NCBI GenBank assembly: GCA_031409275.1 | Contig: JANNXA010000036.1 | Location: 57,839 to 121,838, forward strand | Length of the DNA: 64,000 bases | Source: Planctomycetota bacterium | Lineage (GTDB): Bacteria > Planctomycetota > B15-G4 > SIAN01 | Reading direction: 5' to 3' | Shown here: positions 27,297 through 36,032 of the stretch, in pieces | Layout of the letters: each line of letters opens with the position of its first letter | Position numbering within the stretch: position 1 is the first letter of the stretch | Notes under the pieces: model-generated | What the model saw: the letters and a program-made list of their open reading frames with translations, nothing else | The model's database searches: none | What the model was told of the DNA's origin: nothing | Translations under genes and position numbers: made by a program

Positions 27297-30191
27297 ATGT
27301 CGAATCGACTCTGGAAGTCGTGGTGGGCGTTCGGCTTGCTGGCACTTGCGACGCCCGCTCGCGCGCAATCCTGGGAACTCCAGGATGAGATCGGGTTCGC
27401 CAAGAACATGGCGCGCTATCGCCTGTTCGACCTCGCAACCGAGCACATCCAGAACATCGAGAAGGGCAACCTCACGGCAGAGGACCGCAACGCGTGCCTC
27501 TACGCACGCGCCTTCATCGAGAAGCTCGGCGGCGACTTCGACACGACGCCTGAGGGACGTCTGTCACTGCTCAAGTCCGCGATCGGCCACTACAACGAGT
27601 TCCTCGGCAAGATCGGCGCCGACAACAAGAACGGCGATGACGCGCGCTCCGAAGCGGCCGCCTGCCAGCGCAAACTCGGTGCGCTCTATGCAGAGCTCGC
27701 CGCAGCCGGCACGGATGCCGAAGCGAACAAGAAGGAAGCGGAGACCGCGTTCCGGGCCGCCGTTCAACAGCTGAACGCGTTGCACAACGCTCGCCTGAAG
27801 AAGTACGAGGCGATGCCGGAGGAAGAGGAAGACCCCAACGCCGATCCGAACGAGCCGACCCCTCGCTCTGCGAAGGATGAGGCGAAGATCGACGCCTTCG
27901 AGCCGGTCTACGAGCTCGCCGCCACCTACTACGACTGGGCGCAGCTCTATCCCGAGAACGACCTCAATCGGCAGGACTACCTGAAGAAGTCGCTCGAGCA
28001 GACCACAACCTACACGTGGGAACTCGGCGCCGAGACCATCCGCAGCTACGACGTGAACTTCTACGCCGGGCTCGCGAACATCGGATTGAACCAGCTCGAT
28101 GACGGACTCGCGATGCTCGAGTACGTCGTCAGCGCCGAGACCGGCGTGCCCGCGGTCATCGAGAACAACCCCGACCTGCCTCCCGACGTCGTCGGAGAGC
28201 TCACGCGGATGGTCGAGAAGACCTACCGCGAACTCGCGCAGATCTACAACAAGCAGACCAAGTACGCTGAAACCGACAAGCTGCAGGCGCGCGTCGAGGA
28301 GTACTACAAGAAGTTCTCCGCGCGCGGCGCCCAGCGGACCAACGTAGGCGAACTGTTCCTGCTCGAGGTCGGAGTCGCGCGCTTCAAGGCGGGCAACCCC
28401 AACGGCATGAAGCTGCTGGAGGAGATCGCCAAGCGCAACCCCGGCAACGAGGTCGGCCAGAAGGCCGGCGAGCTCATGGCCGACGCAATCCGGAGCAACG
28501 CGGGGGTCGGCGGAGCGGTCGGCAAAGTCCCGCCGAGTACCTGGATCACGACGGCCGATGCCGCCCGCAACCAGAACAAGATGTTGGACGCGATCGACAG
28601 CTACCACAACGCGATCGGCTCGCTCGAACTCGTCACCGATGCCAAGGAGCGCACCAACCTCGAGATCGCCTGCTGGTCCGACATCGGGACCTGCTACCGC
28701 AGCATGTCGCGCCACGTCGAGGCTTCCTTCGCGTTCCAGGAGGGCCTCACGCGCTGCGCCGGAGCGACCGGAATCGATGAGGAGACGGTCCAGCAGGTTG
28801 GCATCGCCTGGTACAACACGCTCGTCTCGCGCTTCAAGGAGACGAAGGACGATGCCGACAAGCGCGCGAAGGACAGCGCGCTCCGCAAGCTCGCCAGCGA
28901 CTTCAAGGTCAAGAACACCGAGTACCTGGTCGCCAAGGATGAGTTCGAACAGGCCCGCGTGCTCCCCGCCGAGAAGAAGGACGAACGGCTGAAGGCGTTC
29001 GCCGAATGCGCGCAGAAGCTCGGCGCGATCAAGGACAGCGACTCGAACTACGATCGCGCGCGCATCCTGCTCGCGCGCTGCCACGGGGAACAGGGCGAAG
29101 TCGACCCCAAGAAGTGGGAGACGGCTCTCACGACGCTCGACTCGTTCGACAAGTACGCGAAGGAGAACGAGACTCCGGCCGACAAGGCGCGCATCGTCAA
29201 TCGCGAAGTCAGCCGCACCGAGTCGACCTACTACCGCTCGGAGTACCTCCTCGACCTGAAGCGCCACGCCGAGGTGCTCGACGTCCTGAAGAGCTTCGAG
29301 AAGGACTTCCCTGCGCAGAAGGACTTCTACGCGGAGGTCAACTACCGCCGCCTGATGTCGCTGCTGGCGCTGAATCGTTTCCCCGAGGCCGAGTCGCTCT
29401 TCATCGACGTGACCAAGCAGATCGAGTCAGGCGCCCTCAAGCCCTGGCGCGACTCGGCCGGCTACTGGCTGGCGCGCGGCTACCTTGACGCTGGCGAGAA
29501 GGAAGCCGACGCGGCCAAGCAAGGCGCGCTGCTCGCCAAGGGTGCCGAGCTGATGACGGCCTACTGCCGCGCCACGGCGTACCAGAGCTACAACAACCTG
29601 CTCTCCGCCGCTGAGACGTGGGCCCGCATCAAGAACTGGGCGAAGGCGGAGGAGACCTATCGCAAGCTGATCGACGTCTTCGGCAAGGAAGCGCAGTACA
29701 AGGAGAACATCGATCTCCGCGTCCGGCGCACGCTCGCCGACGTGCTGATGAATCAGCGCAAGTTCTCCGACGCCGCGCCGCTGTTCCGGGAGCTCGAGGT
29801 TCGCTTCGCCAAGGACCCGGCGCTGCTCGGACAGGCCGCGCGCTGCTATGGCGGCTGGGTCGAGATCGTCGACCGCAAGGCGGTCGAGGTGCCGGGCGCG
29901 GGCGACTACAAGCGCGCCGTCGACCTCTGGAAGATCCTGATGGAGAAGGGCTTCAAGAAAGAGGACGAGAAGGTCACCCCTGCCTGGTTCGACGCGAAGT
30001 ACCTCTCGATCTATGCGCGCTACCGCGCGAAGGAACTCGACCCTGCGTACCTCCAGGAGGCGCAGGCGCTGATCGGCAACTTCAAGAACAACGTCTGGGA
30101 CTTCCTGAAGGACGAGCCTGACTTCTTGACCCGCATCGGCGGCGAAGAGGGCAAGCGCCGCTGGGAGTACCTGTTCGAGCGCCTCCAGTAG
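27297..30191 (+). CDS. Large exported TPR/alpha-solenoid protein (964 aa)
   Basis: Start ATG 27297 after GGAG; signal peptide ending ATPARA; all-helical TPR-like repeats; Lys-rich. Confidence 0.8.
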   Translation: MSNRLWKSWWAFGLLALATPARAQSWELQDEIGFAKNMARYRLFDLATEHIQNIEKGNLTAEDRNACLYARAFIEKLGGDFDTTPEGRLSLLKSAIGHYNEFLGKIGADNKNGDDARSEAAACQRKLGALYAELAAAGTDAEANKKEAETAFRAAVQQLNALHNARLKKYEAMPEEEEDPNADPNEPTPRSAKDEAKIDAFEPVYELAATYYDWAQLYPENDLNRQDYLKKSLEQTTTYTWELGAETIRSYDVNFYAGLANIGLNQLDDGLAMLEYVVSAETGVPAVIENNPDLPPDVVGELTRMVEKTYRELAQIYNKQTKYAETDKLQARVEEYYKKFSARGAQRTNVGELFLLEVGVARFKAGNPNGMKLLEEIAKRNPGNEVGQKAGELMADAIRSNAGVGGAVGKVPPSTWITTADAARNQNKMLDAIDSYHNAIGSLELVTDAKERTNLEIACWSDIGTCYRSMSRHVEASFAFQEGLTRCAGATGIDEETVQQVGIAWYNTLVSRFKETKDDADKRAKDSALRKLASDFKVKNTEYLVAKDEFEQARVLPAEKKDERLKAFAECAQKLGAIKDSDSNYDRARILLARCHGEQGEVDPKKWETALTTLDSFDKYAKENETPADKARIVNREVSRTESTYYRSEYLLDLKRHAEVLDVLKSFEKDFPAQKDFYAEVNYRRLMSLLALNRFPEAESLFIDVTKQIESGALKPWRDSAGYWLARGYLDAGEKEADAAKQGALLAKGAELMTAYCRATAYQSYNNLLSAAETWARIKNWAKAEETYRKLIDVFGKEAQYKENIDLRVRRTLADVLMNQRKFSDAAPLFRELEVRFAKDPALLGQAARCYGGWVEIVDRKAVEVPGAGDYKRAVDLWKILMEKGFKKEDEKVTPAWFDAKYLSIYARYRAKELDPAYLQEAQALIGNFKNNVWDFLKDEPDFLTRIGGEEGKRRWEYLFERLQ

Positions 30192-30232
30192 AGACCTTTC
30201 GCCTTCCGGCTCGGCGGTGCGCCGAACCGGGA

Positions 30233-30260
30233 TTGACCGACCCCTCGACCGACCTAAGAT
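30233..30260 (+). promoter_or_regulatory. Sigma70-like promoter
   Basis: TTGACC-N16-TAAGAT upstream of TPR2-exbB-exbD-exbD. Confidence 0.5.
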
Positions 30261-30339
30261 CCCGCGCTTCGAATCCGCCAGTTGCGACCTAGCCCGCGCA
30301 GCCCCGGCGTGTCCATCGAAGCGCTCGCGAGGTGCATTC

Positions 30340-31446
30340 GTGAGGAACAGCTCTCTCTTCTTGGCGCTCGTGGCCGCGGTGGCGGCCCCGTCGGCACGTG
30401 CGGATGAAATCCTCCAGAAGAGCGCCAAGAACCCGTTCAAGGGAACGGTGCAGTCGGAAGACATCAACAAGGTCAAGTACAAGCTTGACGGCGTCGCGCA
30501 GGTGCAGGAGATCGACTCCGCGCTGGTCGCCGACATCACCTACGACGACGCGCCGGAGGCCTTCACGAAGGGCAAAGAGTTGCTGAAGAAAGGCGACGCG
30601 GAGAACGCGGCCAACAGCTTCCGCCTCGCGCTGAAGTCGAAGACGAAGAACAACTGGATCAACGTCTACGGCAACTACCAGCTCGGCGTCGCGCTGCAGA
30701 TGTGGGGCGCGAAAGACGCCACCAAGCTCAAGGAAGCAGCGACAGTCTTCGCTCAGCTGTTGAAGGACTCGCCCGAGTGCCGCTTCATGCCGGACGCACT
30801 GAAGCGCGGCGCCGATGCGCTCGCCGCGAGCAAGGATGCCGCCGGTGCCGCCGCTCTCTACGATCGCCTCGCGGAGGTCGCGCAGCAGAAGAAGCTCGGC
30901 ATCCTCTGGGAAGCTGAGGCGCGAATCCGCAAGGCGGACGCCTACGTGACCGCCGGGATGACCAAGGAGGCGGAAGCCGCCTACGCCGCGGCCGGAAGCT
31001 TCGCCGACTCGAACGCCGCGACGCAAAAGGACGAGCCGACGAAGCGCTTGCTGCTGGCGATCGTCGGACGCGCCCAGCTCTCCCAGGGTGGCGCGCTGCT
31101 GCGAAACAAGAAGTTCGCCGAAGCGCGCCAGTTCTTCGAGAAGGTGGCGATGGGCGCCAACGCTCAGTCTGACGTCATCGCCGCGGCGCTCAACGGCGTC
31201 GGCGAAGTCCTGCTCGAAGAGGGCAAGCCCAAAGAGGCGCTGGAGCGGTTCGCTCGGGTTCGCGTCCAGTACTACCTCGCCCGGGAAGAGGCGGCCCGCG
31301 CGACGTACTTCCTCGGTAAGACCTGCCTCGCCCTCAAAGATGCCGAGCCGAACGGCAAGAAGAAGGCGGCCGATTACTTCGCGGAAGTGGTCGAACGCTA
31401 CGGCGACACCCCGTGGGCCGATCGCGCCCGCGCGGAGATCAAGTGA
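30340..31446 (+). CDS. Exported TPR protein with N-terminal small beta domain
   Basis: Start GTG 30340; signal peptide ending APSARA; TPRs ending YFAEVVERYGDTPWADRA (CpoB/BamD-like tail). Confidence 0.8.
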   Translation: MRNSSLFLALVAAVAAPSARADEILQKSAKNPFKGTVQSEDINKVKYKLDGVAQVQEIDSALVADITYDDAPEAFTKGKELLKKGDAENAANSFRLALKSKTKNNWINVYGNYQLGVALQMWGAKDATKLKEAATVFAQLLKDSPECRFMPDALKRGADALAASKDAAGAAALYDRLAEVAQQKKLGILWEAEARIRKADAYVTAGMTKEAEAAYAAAGSFADSNAATQKDEPTKRLLLAIVGRAQLSQGGALLRNKKFAEARQFFEKVAMGANAQSDVIAAALNGVGEVLLEEGKPKEALERFARVRVQYYLAREEAARATYFLGKTCLALKDAEPNGKKKAADYFAEVVERYGDTPWADRARAEIK

Positions 31447-31549
31447 CCGCCGCCACTCGCGGCGCTATTCCACCACACGGTTCCACGCCGTCCCGTTGAC
31501 GGCGCCTTCCAGGTCGGTTCGCGAACAGCAAGCTCAGGAGCACTTGTCC

Positions 31550-32275
31550 ATGACCCTCAAGAAGCTCGGTTTCACGATGCTCACGCTCGCTGCGGCATTC
31601 GCAGTCTCGGGCGTCGCCTTCGCTCAGGATGCTGCCAAGCCGCCTGACGTCTCCTTCTCCATCTCCGAGATCCTGCGTGACGGTGGCTCGATCGGCCACT
31701 TCATCCTCGTCGTCTCGGTGATCGCACTTGGCGTGTCGATCGACTTCGCAGTCAACATCCGGCGCGTGAAGATGTGCCCGCCCGAAATCGTTGAGGAGAT
31801 CGAGGCGCTCTTCGAGGCCGGCGACTATCAGGAAGCGGTCGACCTCTGCGAGGCCGAGCCGACCATGTTCACCAATGTCGTCGCCGCAGGGCTCTCGAAG
31901 GTCAATCACGACTTTGCGACCATCGAGTCGGCACTCGGCCAAGCGATCGAAGAGGAGTCGGTCAAGCTGCACACGAAGGTCGGCTGGCTCTCCTTCATCT
32001 GCTCGGCCTCGACCCTGCTTGGCCTGCTCGGCACCATCCAAGGCATGATCGTCGCGTTCAAGACGATTGCCGCCACGAAGGGCCAGGCCGACCCGTCGAT
32101 GCTCTCGGGCGGTATCTCCGCCGCGCTCATCACGACGCTGTACGGTCTCTGCATCGCGATCCCGGTCTCGTTCTCGTTCGTCATCTTCCGCAACCGCGTG
32201 ATCGCGACGACGATGGAGATCGGCACGATCATCGAAGAGCTCTTCGAGCGCTTCCGAACCAAGGCCGCTGCTTGA
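31550..32275 (+). CDS. MotA/TolQ/ExbB proton-channel family protein
   Basis: Start ATG 31550 after AGGAG; cleavable-looking leader (VAFA-Q); LLGLLGTIQGMIVAF, GISAALITTLYGL. Confidence 0.92.
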   Translation: MTLKKLGFTMLTLAAAFAVSGVAFAQDAAKPPDVSFSISEILRDGGSIGHFILVVSVIALGVSIDFAVNIRRVKMCPPEIVEEIEALFEAGDYQEAVDLCEAEPTMFTNVVAAGLSKVNHDFATIESALGQAIEEESVKLHTKVGWLSFICSASTLLGLLGTIQGMIVAFKTIAATKGQADPSMLSGGISAALITTLYGLCIAIPVSFSFVIFRNRVIATTMEIGTIIEELFERFRTKAAA

Positions 32276-32344
32276 CGTTCCGCACGTCGGCCGGAAACAA
32301 GTTCGGGGTCCTCGATCGGTCCTTGCTGAATCGGAGCTAGCGCC

Positions 32345-32827
32345 ATGAAGAAAGGCAGCATGCCGTCGATGTCGTTCGAACTCGACATGACGCCGATGAT
32401 CGACTGCACGTTCAACTTGCTGATCTTCTTCATCCTGGTGGTCGACCTCGGCCAGCAGGAGCTCGAAAAGGTCACCCTGCCGCGTGCTTCTCAGTTCCAG
32501 AAGGACGACAAGAACGAGAAGGGGCGCAAGGTCGTCAATCTTGACATTGAAGGGACCATCAAGGTCAAGCGCCGTCCCTTCGCGCTCGAGCAGCTGCGCA
32601 CCGATTTGAAGATCTGGTCGGACATGTACCCGCGTGAAGAGAACGGCCTCTGCAGCAAGTCGATCCTCATCCGGACCGACCGCGGTACCGAGATGAAGCA
32701 CGTCCAGAAAATCATGCAACTGTGCGGCGAGAAGGGGTTGCAGATCTACAAGATCGAACTCGCTTGCTCAGAGGACGCCACCGGCTTCCACGCCGTGGAG
32801 ACGCCAGGCAAGAAAGGGCTGGAGTAA
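32345..32827 (+). CDS. ExbD/TolR family protein 1
   Basis: DMTPMIDCTFNLLIFF TM with conserved Asp; ILIRTDR...VQKIM periplasmic fold. Confidence 0.9.
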   Translation: MKKGSMPSMSFELDMTPMIDCTFNLLIFFILVVDLGQQELEKVTLPRASQFQKDDKNEKGRKVVNLDIEGTIKVKRRPFALEQLRTDLKIWSDMYPREENGLCSKSILIRTDRGTEMKHVQKIMQLCGEKGLQIYKIELACSEDATGFHAVETPGKKGLE

Positions 32828-32830
32828 GCC

Positions 32831-33307
32831 ATGGGCAGCAAGAACAAGGAAATGGCGGAGTCGATCTTCACGCTCGACATGACCCCGATGATCGATTGCA
32901 CGTTCAACCTGCTGATCTTTTTCCTCTGCAACATCAACTTCAAGCTGCTCGAAGGGAAGATCCCGGCGTACCTGCCGAAGGACGTCGGCGTGAACAACTC
33001 GCCGATCACCAAGGAGCTCGAGAAGATCGAGATCCGGATCACGCGCAGCGCGTCGCCGAACGTCAAGGACAAGAACTGGTCCTGGCACGAGAACCAGATC
33101 TCGATCAACGTGCAGGGCAAGCGGATGGCGGGTCTCCAGGATTTCTACACCACGATCAAGCGGGTGCATGAAGCCAACAAGGAGGCGAAGGCCACGCTCT
33201 ATCCGGGCAAGCAGACGCTCTACATCGACAGCGTGAAGGTGATCAACGAGTGCCTGCGGGCGAACTTCGTGGACATCACGTTCGCCGGCACGCCGATGGA
33301 CAGCTGA
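32831..33307 (+). CDS. ExbD/TolR family protein 2
   Basis: Same DMTPMIDCTFNLLIFF TM; YLPKD; VKVINECLRANFVDITF. Confidence 0.88.
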   Translation: MGSKNKEMAESIFTLDMTPMIDCTFNLLIFFLCNINFKLLEGKIPAYLPKDVGVNNSPITKELEKIEIRITRSASPNVKDKNWSWHENQISINVQGKRMAGLQDFYTTIKRVHEANKEAKATLYPGKQTLYIDSVKVINECLRANFVDITFAGTPMDS

Positions 33308-33608
33308 ACCGACGCCGATGAACCGGCGCTCATGAGTGGAGCTGCGCGACCGCGCGAAGGCTCTTCGAACCACGGGACGCAGCGAACGAACTGAACTGGA
33401 TACCGACCGAGGGGCTGGTGCTCGATGCGCCAGCCCCTCGTGTTTTCGCCCGCAGGCGGCGCGACCCCCGGCGAAACGAACCTCTCGAACGCGGCCCGAG
33501 GCTAGGCTCAGCCTCGAGGGCAGACCCCATCGGACGTTGGAGCGAGCGATCAAACGGATCGAACTCGTACTGGAGCGGCGCCCCGCCTCGAAGGCGCCGG
33601 CCAATGCC

Positions 33609-35624
33609 GTGCGGGAAGGCGTCGAGTCGACCCTTCGTTCATGCGCATCGCTCCTCCTGGTCGGCACCGTCCTCTTCGGTTGCGACGCGCGCAGCAACGC
33701 CGACCGCCCACGCCACCTGCTGCTCGTCTCGATCGACACGATGCGCGCCGATGCCATCGTCCCGGACTCGCCGTGCCGCGCGAGCACGCCGACGCTCGAC
33801 GAACTCGCCACCCGCGGTCGGCGCTTCGAGAACGTCTGGTCGCATGTCCCGCTCACGCTGCCTTCGCACGCAACGCTCTTCACCGGCCGGCTGCCGCAAG
33901 AACTCGGGCTTCACGACAACGCCCCGTTCCCGCTCCGCGGCGACGTCGACACGTTGGCGACGCTGCTCCACGACGCTGGATTCGCGACGGACGCCGTGAT
34001 CGGCGGACAACCGCTCGGGAACGGCTGCGGTCTGGAACGCGGATTCGAGCAGTACGACGTCCCAGCGCGTGGCAACGCTGGCGCGACGCTGTTTGTGGAG
34101 CGCAATGCGGTGAAAGTCACCGACCGCGCTCTCGCCGCGTGGCAGCGGCCGGCAACGTCCGCTCGCGGTCGCTTCCTCTTCGTCCACTACTTCGACGCGC
34201 ACCACCCCTACCTGCCGCCGGCGAACTGCCTGCGCGGCGACCCAGACGACCCCGCCGCCCGCTACCGCGGCGAGATCACCTTTGTCGACCGTGAATTCTC
34301 CCGACTGCTCGCGCGCATCCGCGCCAGTGGCGAGCGCTGCCTCGTGGTCGTCACCTCCGACCACGGAGAGGGGTTGGGCGACGGGGGCGAGTCGACCCAC
34401 GGCTTCCAGCTACTGCCATCGACGCTGCGCGTGCCCCTGATCGTCGCCGAGATCGAGGGGGCGCGCACGAGCGCCCCGGCGCCGCTCGCCACCGCGCAAG
34501 CCACTCGATTGATCGGACTCGTCGATCTGCTCCCGACGATGTTGCGACTGCTTGAAGTCGCCGCTCCCGCAACCCTCGATGCGATCGCGGGTCGTGCGCT
34601 GCAGGAGCCCGAAGTCGAGCCGCGCGCTCAGTACGTCGAGTCGCTCTCCGCGGCGCTCCAGTTCGGCTGGGCGCAGCAGTCGGGGGTCAGGGGTAGCGGC
34701 GCGTTCCTGCTCCATCTCGGCGCCGATCCGCCCCCCACCGTCGGCGACTTGCGCGTGCTTTCATTCGACGAGAGCGACGAGCGTTGCCTGGTGGATGCCA
34801 GCCGCGGCGATCCGAGCGTGGCCGAGCTCGCGGCGTGGCGCGAGCGCTTCGATGAGACGCGGACGCGCAAACTGCCGCGCTCGAGCGAGCGCGCGAGTCA
34901 GCGCGCGCTCCAGTCGCTCGGCTACCTCCCCGGTTCGAGCGACCGCAGTCGACACGATCTACTGCCGCTGACCGAGAATGCCCTTCGTCCGTCGCCGCTG
35001 GCACGCCGCGACGAGATCGAGCAGTTGCTGCATGCTGTCGCGCGACTGGAGGCGGGCGAAGCACTCGGAGCCGCTTCGAGCCTCTCGAAGCTCCTCAAAG
35101 CCGATCCCGAGCAGCTCGCCGCACGTTTTTTTCGCGCACGTGCGCGCCTCGCGCTCGAAGAGCTCGATCAAGGTCGGTCCGGCGCCTTCGCACGCGAGGC
35201 GGTCGCCGACCTCGCGCGCGTCGTCGCTACCGCACCGGACTATCCAGGCGCGGCTCTCCTTCACGCCAAAGCGCTCGCTCTCGCGGGCGACTTCGATGCC
35301 GCACGCGCCGCGCTCACCGACCGGTCGGCCGTCGCGGCGGAACTCGATTCGGAGGCCGCCGATCGGGAGGAACTCCTTGGAAGCCTGCTGCTCGAGCGAG
35401 CACGCGGCGGGCGCGCGAATCCGTGGTTCGATGCCGAGCAGGGGTTCGAACACCTGCTCCGCGCCATCGAGCTCGATCCCGAGCGCCTGGCGCTCGCGCG
35501 AAAGCTCGATTCCCAGCTCGCGGCTTTGGCGCGAACGCCCGACGCTCCGCCATGGGTCGCTGTCGCGCGTGAACGGTTCCGCCGCCGCCGCGGTCGCCGT
35601 TACCGCGCCCGTCCCGCCCGCTAG
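33609..35624 (+). CDS. Sulfatase-like (alkaline phosphatase superfamily) lipoprotein with C-terminal TPRs
   Basis: Probable GTG start 33609 (uncertain), leader ending LFGC; LLVSIDTMRAD, VPLTLPSHATLFTG, HYFDAHHPY, TSDHGE, LQSLGYL. Confidence 0.8.
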   Translation: MREGVESTLRSCASLLLVGTVLFGCDARSNADRPRHLLLVSIDTMRADAIVPDSPCRASTPTLDELATRGRRFENVWSHVPLTLPSHATLFTGRLPQELGLHDNAPFPLRGDVDTLATLLHDAGFATDAVIGGQPLGNGCGLERGFEQYDVPARGNAGATLFVERNAVKVTDRALAAWQRPATSARGRFLFVHYFDAHHPYLPPANCLRGDPDDPAARYRGEITFVDREFSRLLARIRASGERCLVVVTSDHGEGLGDGGESTHGFQLLPSTLRVPLIVAEIEGARTSAPAPLATAQATRLIGLVDLLPTMLRLLEVAAPATLDAIAGRALQEPEVEPRAQYVESLSAALQFGWAQQSGVRGSGAFLLHLGADPPPTVGDLRVLSFDESDERCLVDASRGDPSVAELAAWRERFDETRTRKLPRSSERASQRALQSLGYLPGSSDRSRHDLLPLTENALRPSPLARRDEIEQLLHAVARLEAGEALGAASSLSKLLKADPEQLAARFFRARARLALEELDQGRSGAFAREAVADLARVVATAPDYPGAALLHAKALALAGDFDAARAALTDRSAVAAELDSEAADREELLGSLLLERARGGRANPWFDAEQGFEHLLRAIELDPERLALARKLDSQLAALARTPDAPPWVAVARERFRRRRGRRYRARPAR

Positions 35625-35747
35625 TGCATCCCCGTTCCGCTCTCCACGTCCACCGCCGGATGCACGGCTAGGCAGCATTGCCGCCAGCAGCTTTGGGCGC
35701 ACTGCTAAACCCGTACACGAGAACGAGTTAGGTCCAGGTTTTTGGCG

Positions 35748-35776
35748 TTGACCACTCACAAGGGTCGGCCTAACCT
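35748..35776 (+). promoter_or_regulatory. Sigma70-like promoter for secretin 2
   Basis: TTGACC-N17-TAACCT in a 400-bp intergenic region. Confidence 0.55.
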
Positions 35777-36032
35777 ACCGCGCTCTTTCCCGGGCGCCGG
35801 CAGGGCGTTTTGCTCGGGACCGCGAGGGACCACCGCGAGGGATTTCAGGGAATTGGCCGACGGCTGGGAGCGCGCACTGCTTCGCGCGCGCTCACGATTC
35901 ACACCAGCGTGGCTTGCTCCTTGGGTCTTTCGCCTGCGACCTTCGCGGGCGCTCTTCACGAGCGCTTCTGCCGCCAGGGAAACCACGAACGCCTCGGACG
36001 GGATGGCCTCCGCCAGTCGGGAGACGAACAGA

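Noticed and set aside
24638..29267. Long minus-strand ORFs (881 aa and 567 aa) opposite secretin 1 and the TPR gene
   Set aside because: Antisense shadows of strongly biased coding sequence, with no recognisable domains.
33336..33608. N-terminal ~90 aa of the 762-aa sulfatase ORF
   Set aside because: Low-complexity Arg/Pro-rich sequence ahead of a lipoprotein-like leader; probably intergenic.
35960..36020. GGGAAACC segment as a possible c-di-GMP-I riboswitch
   Set aside because: It lacks the GNRA-capped P2 stem and the following GCAAA/receptor elements.
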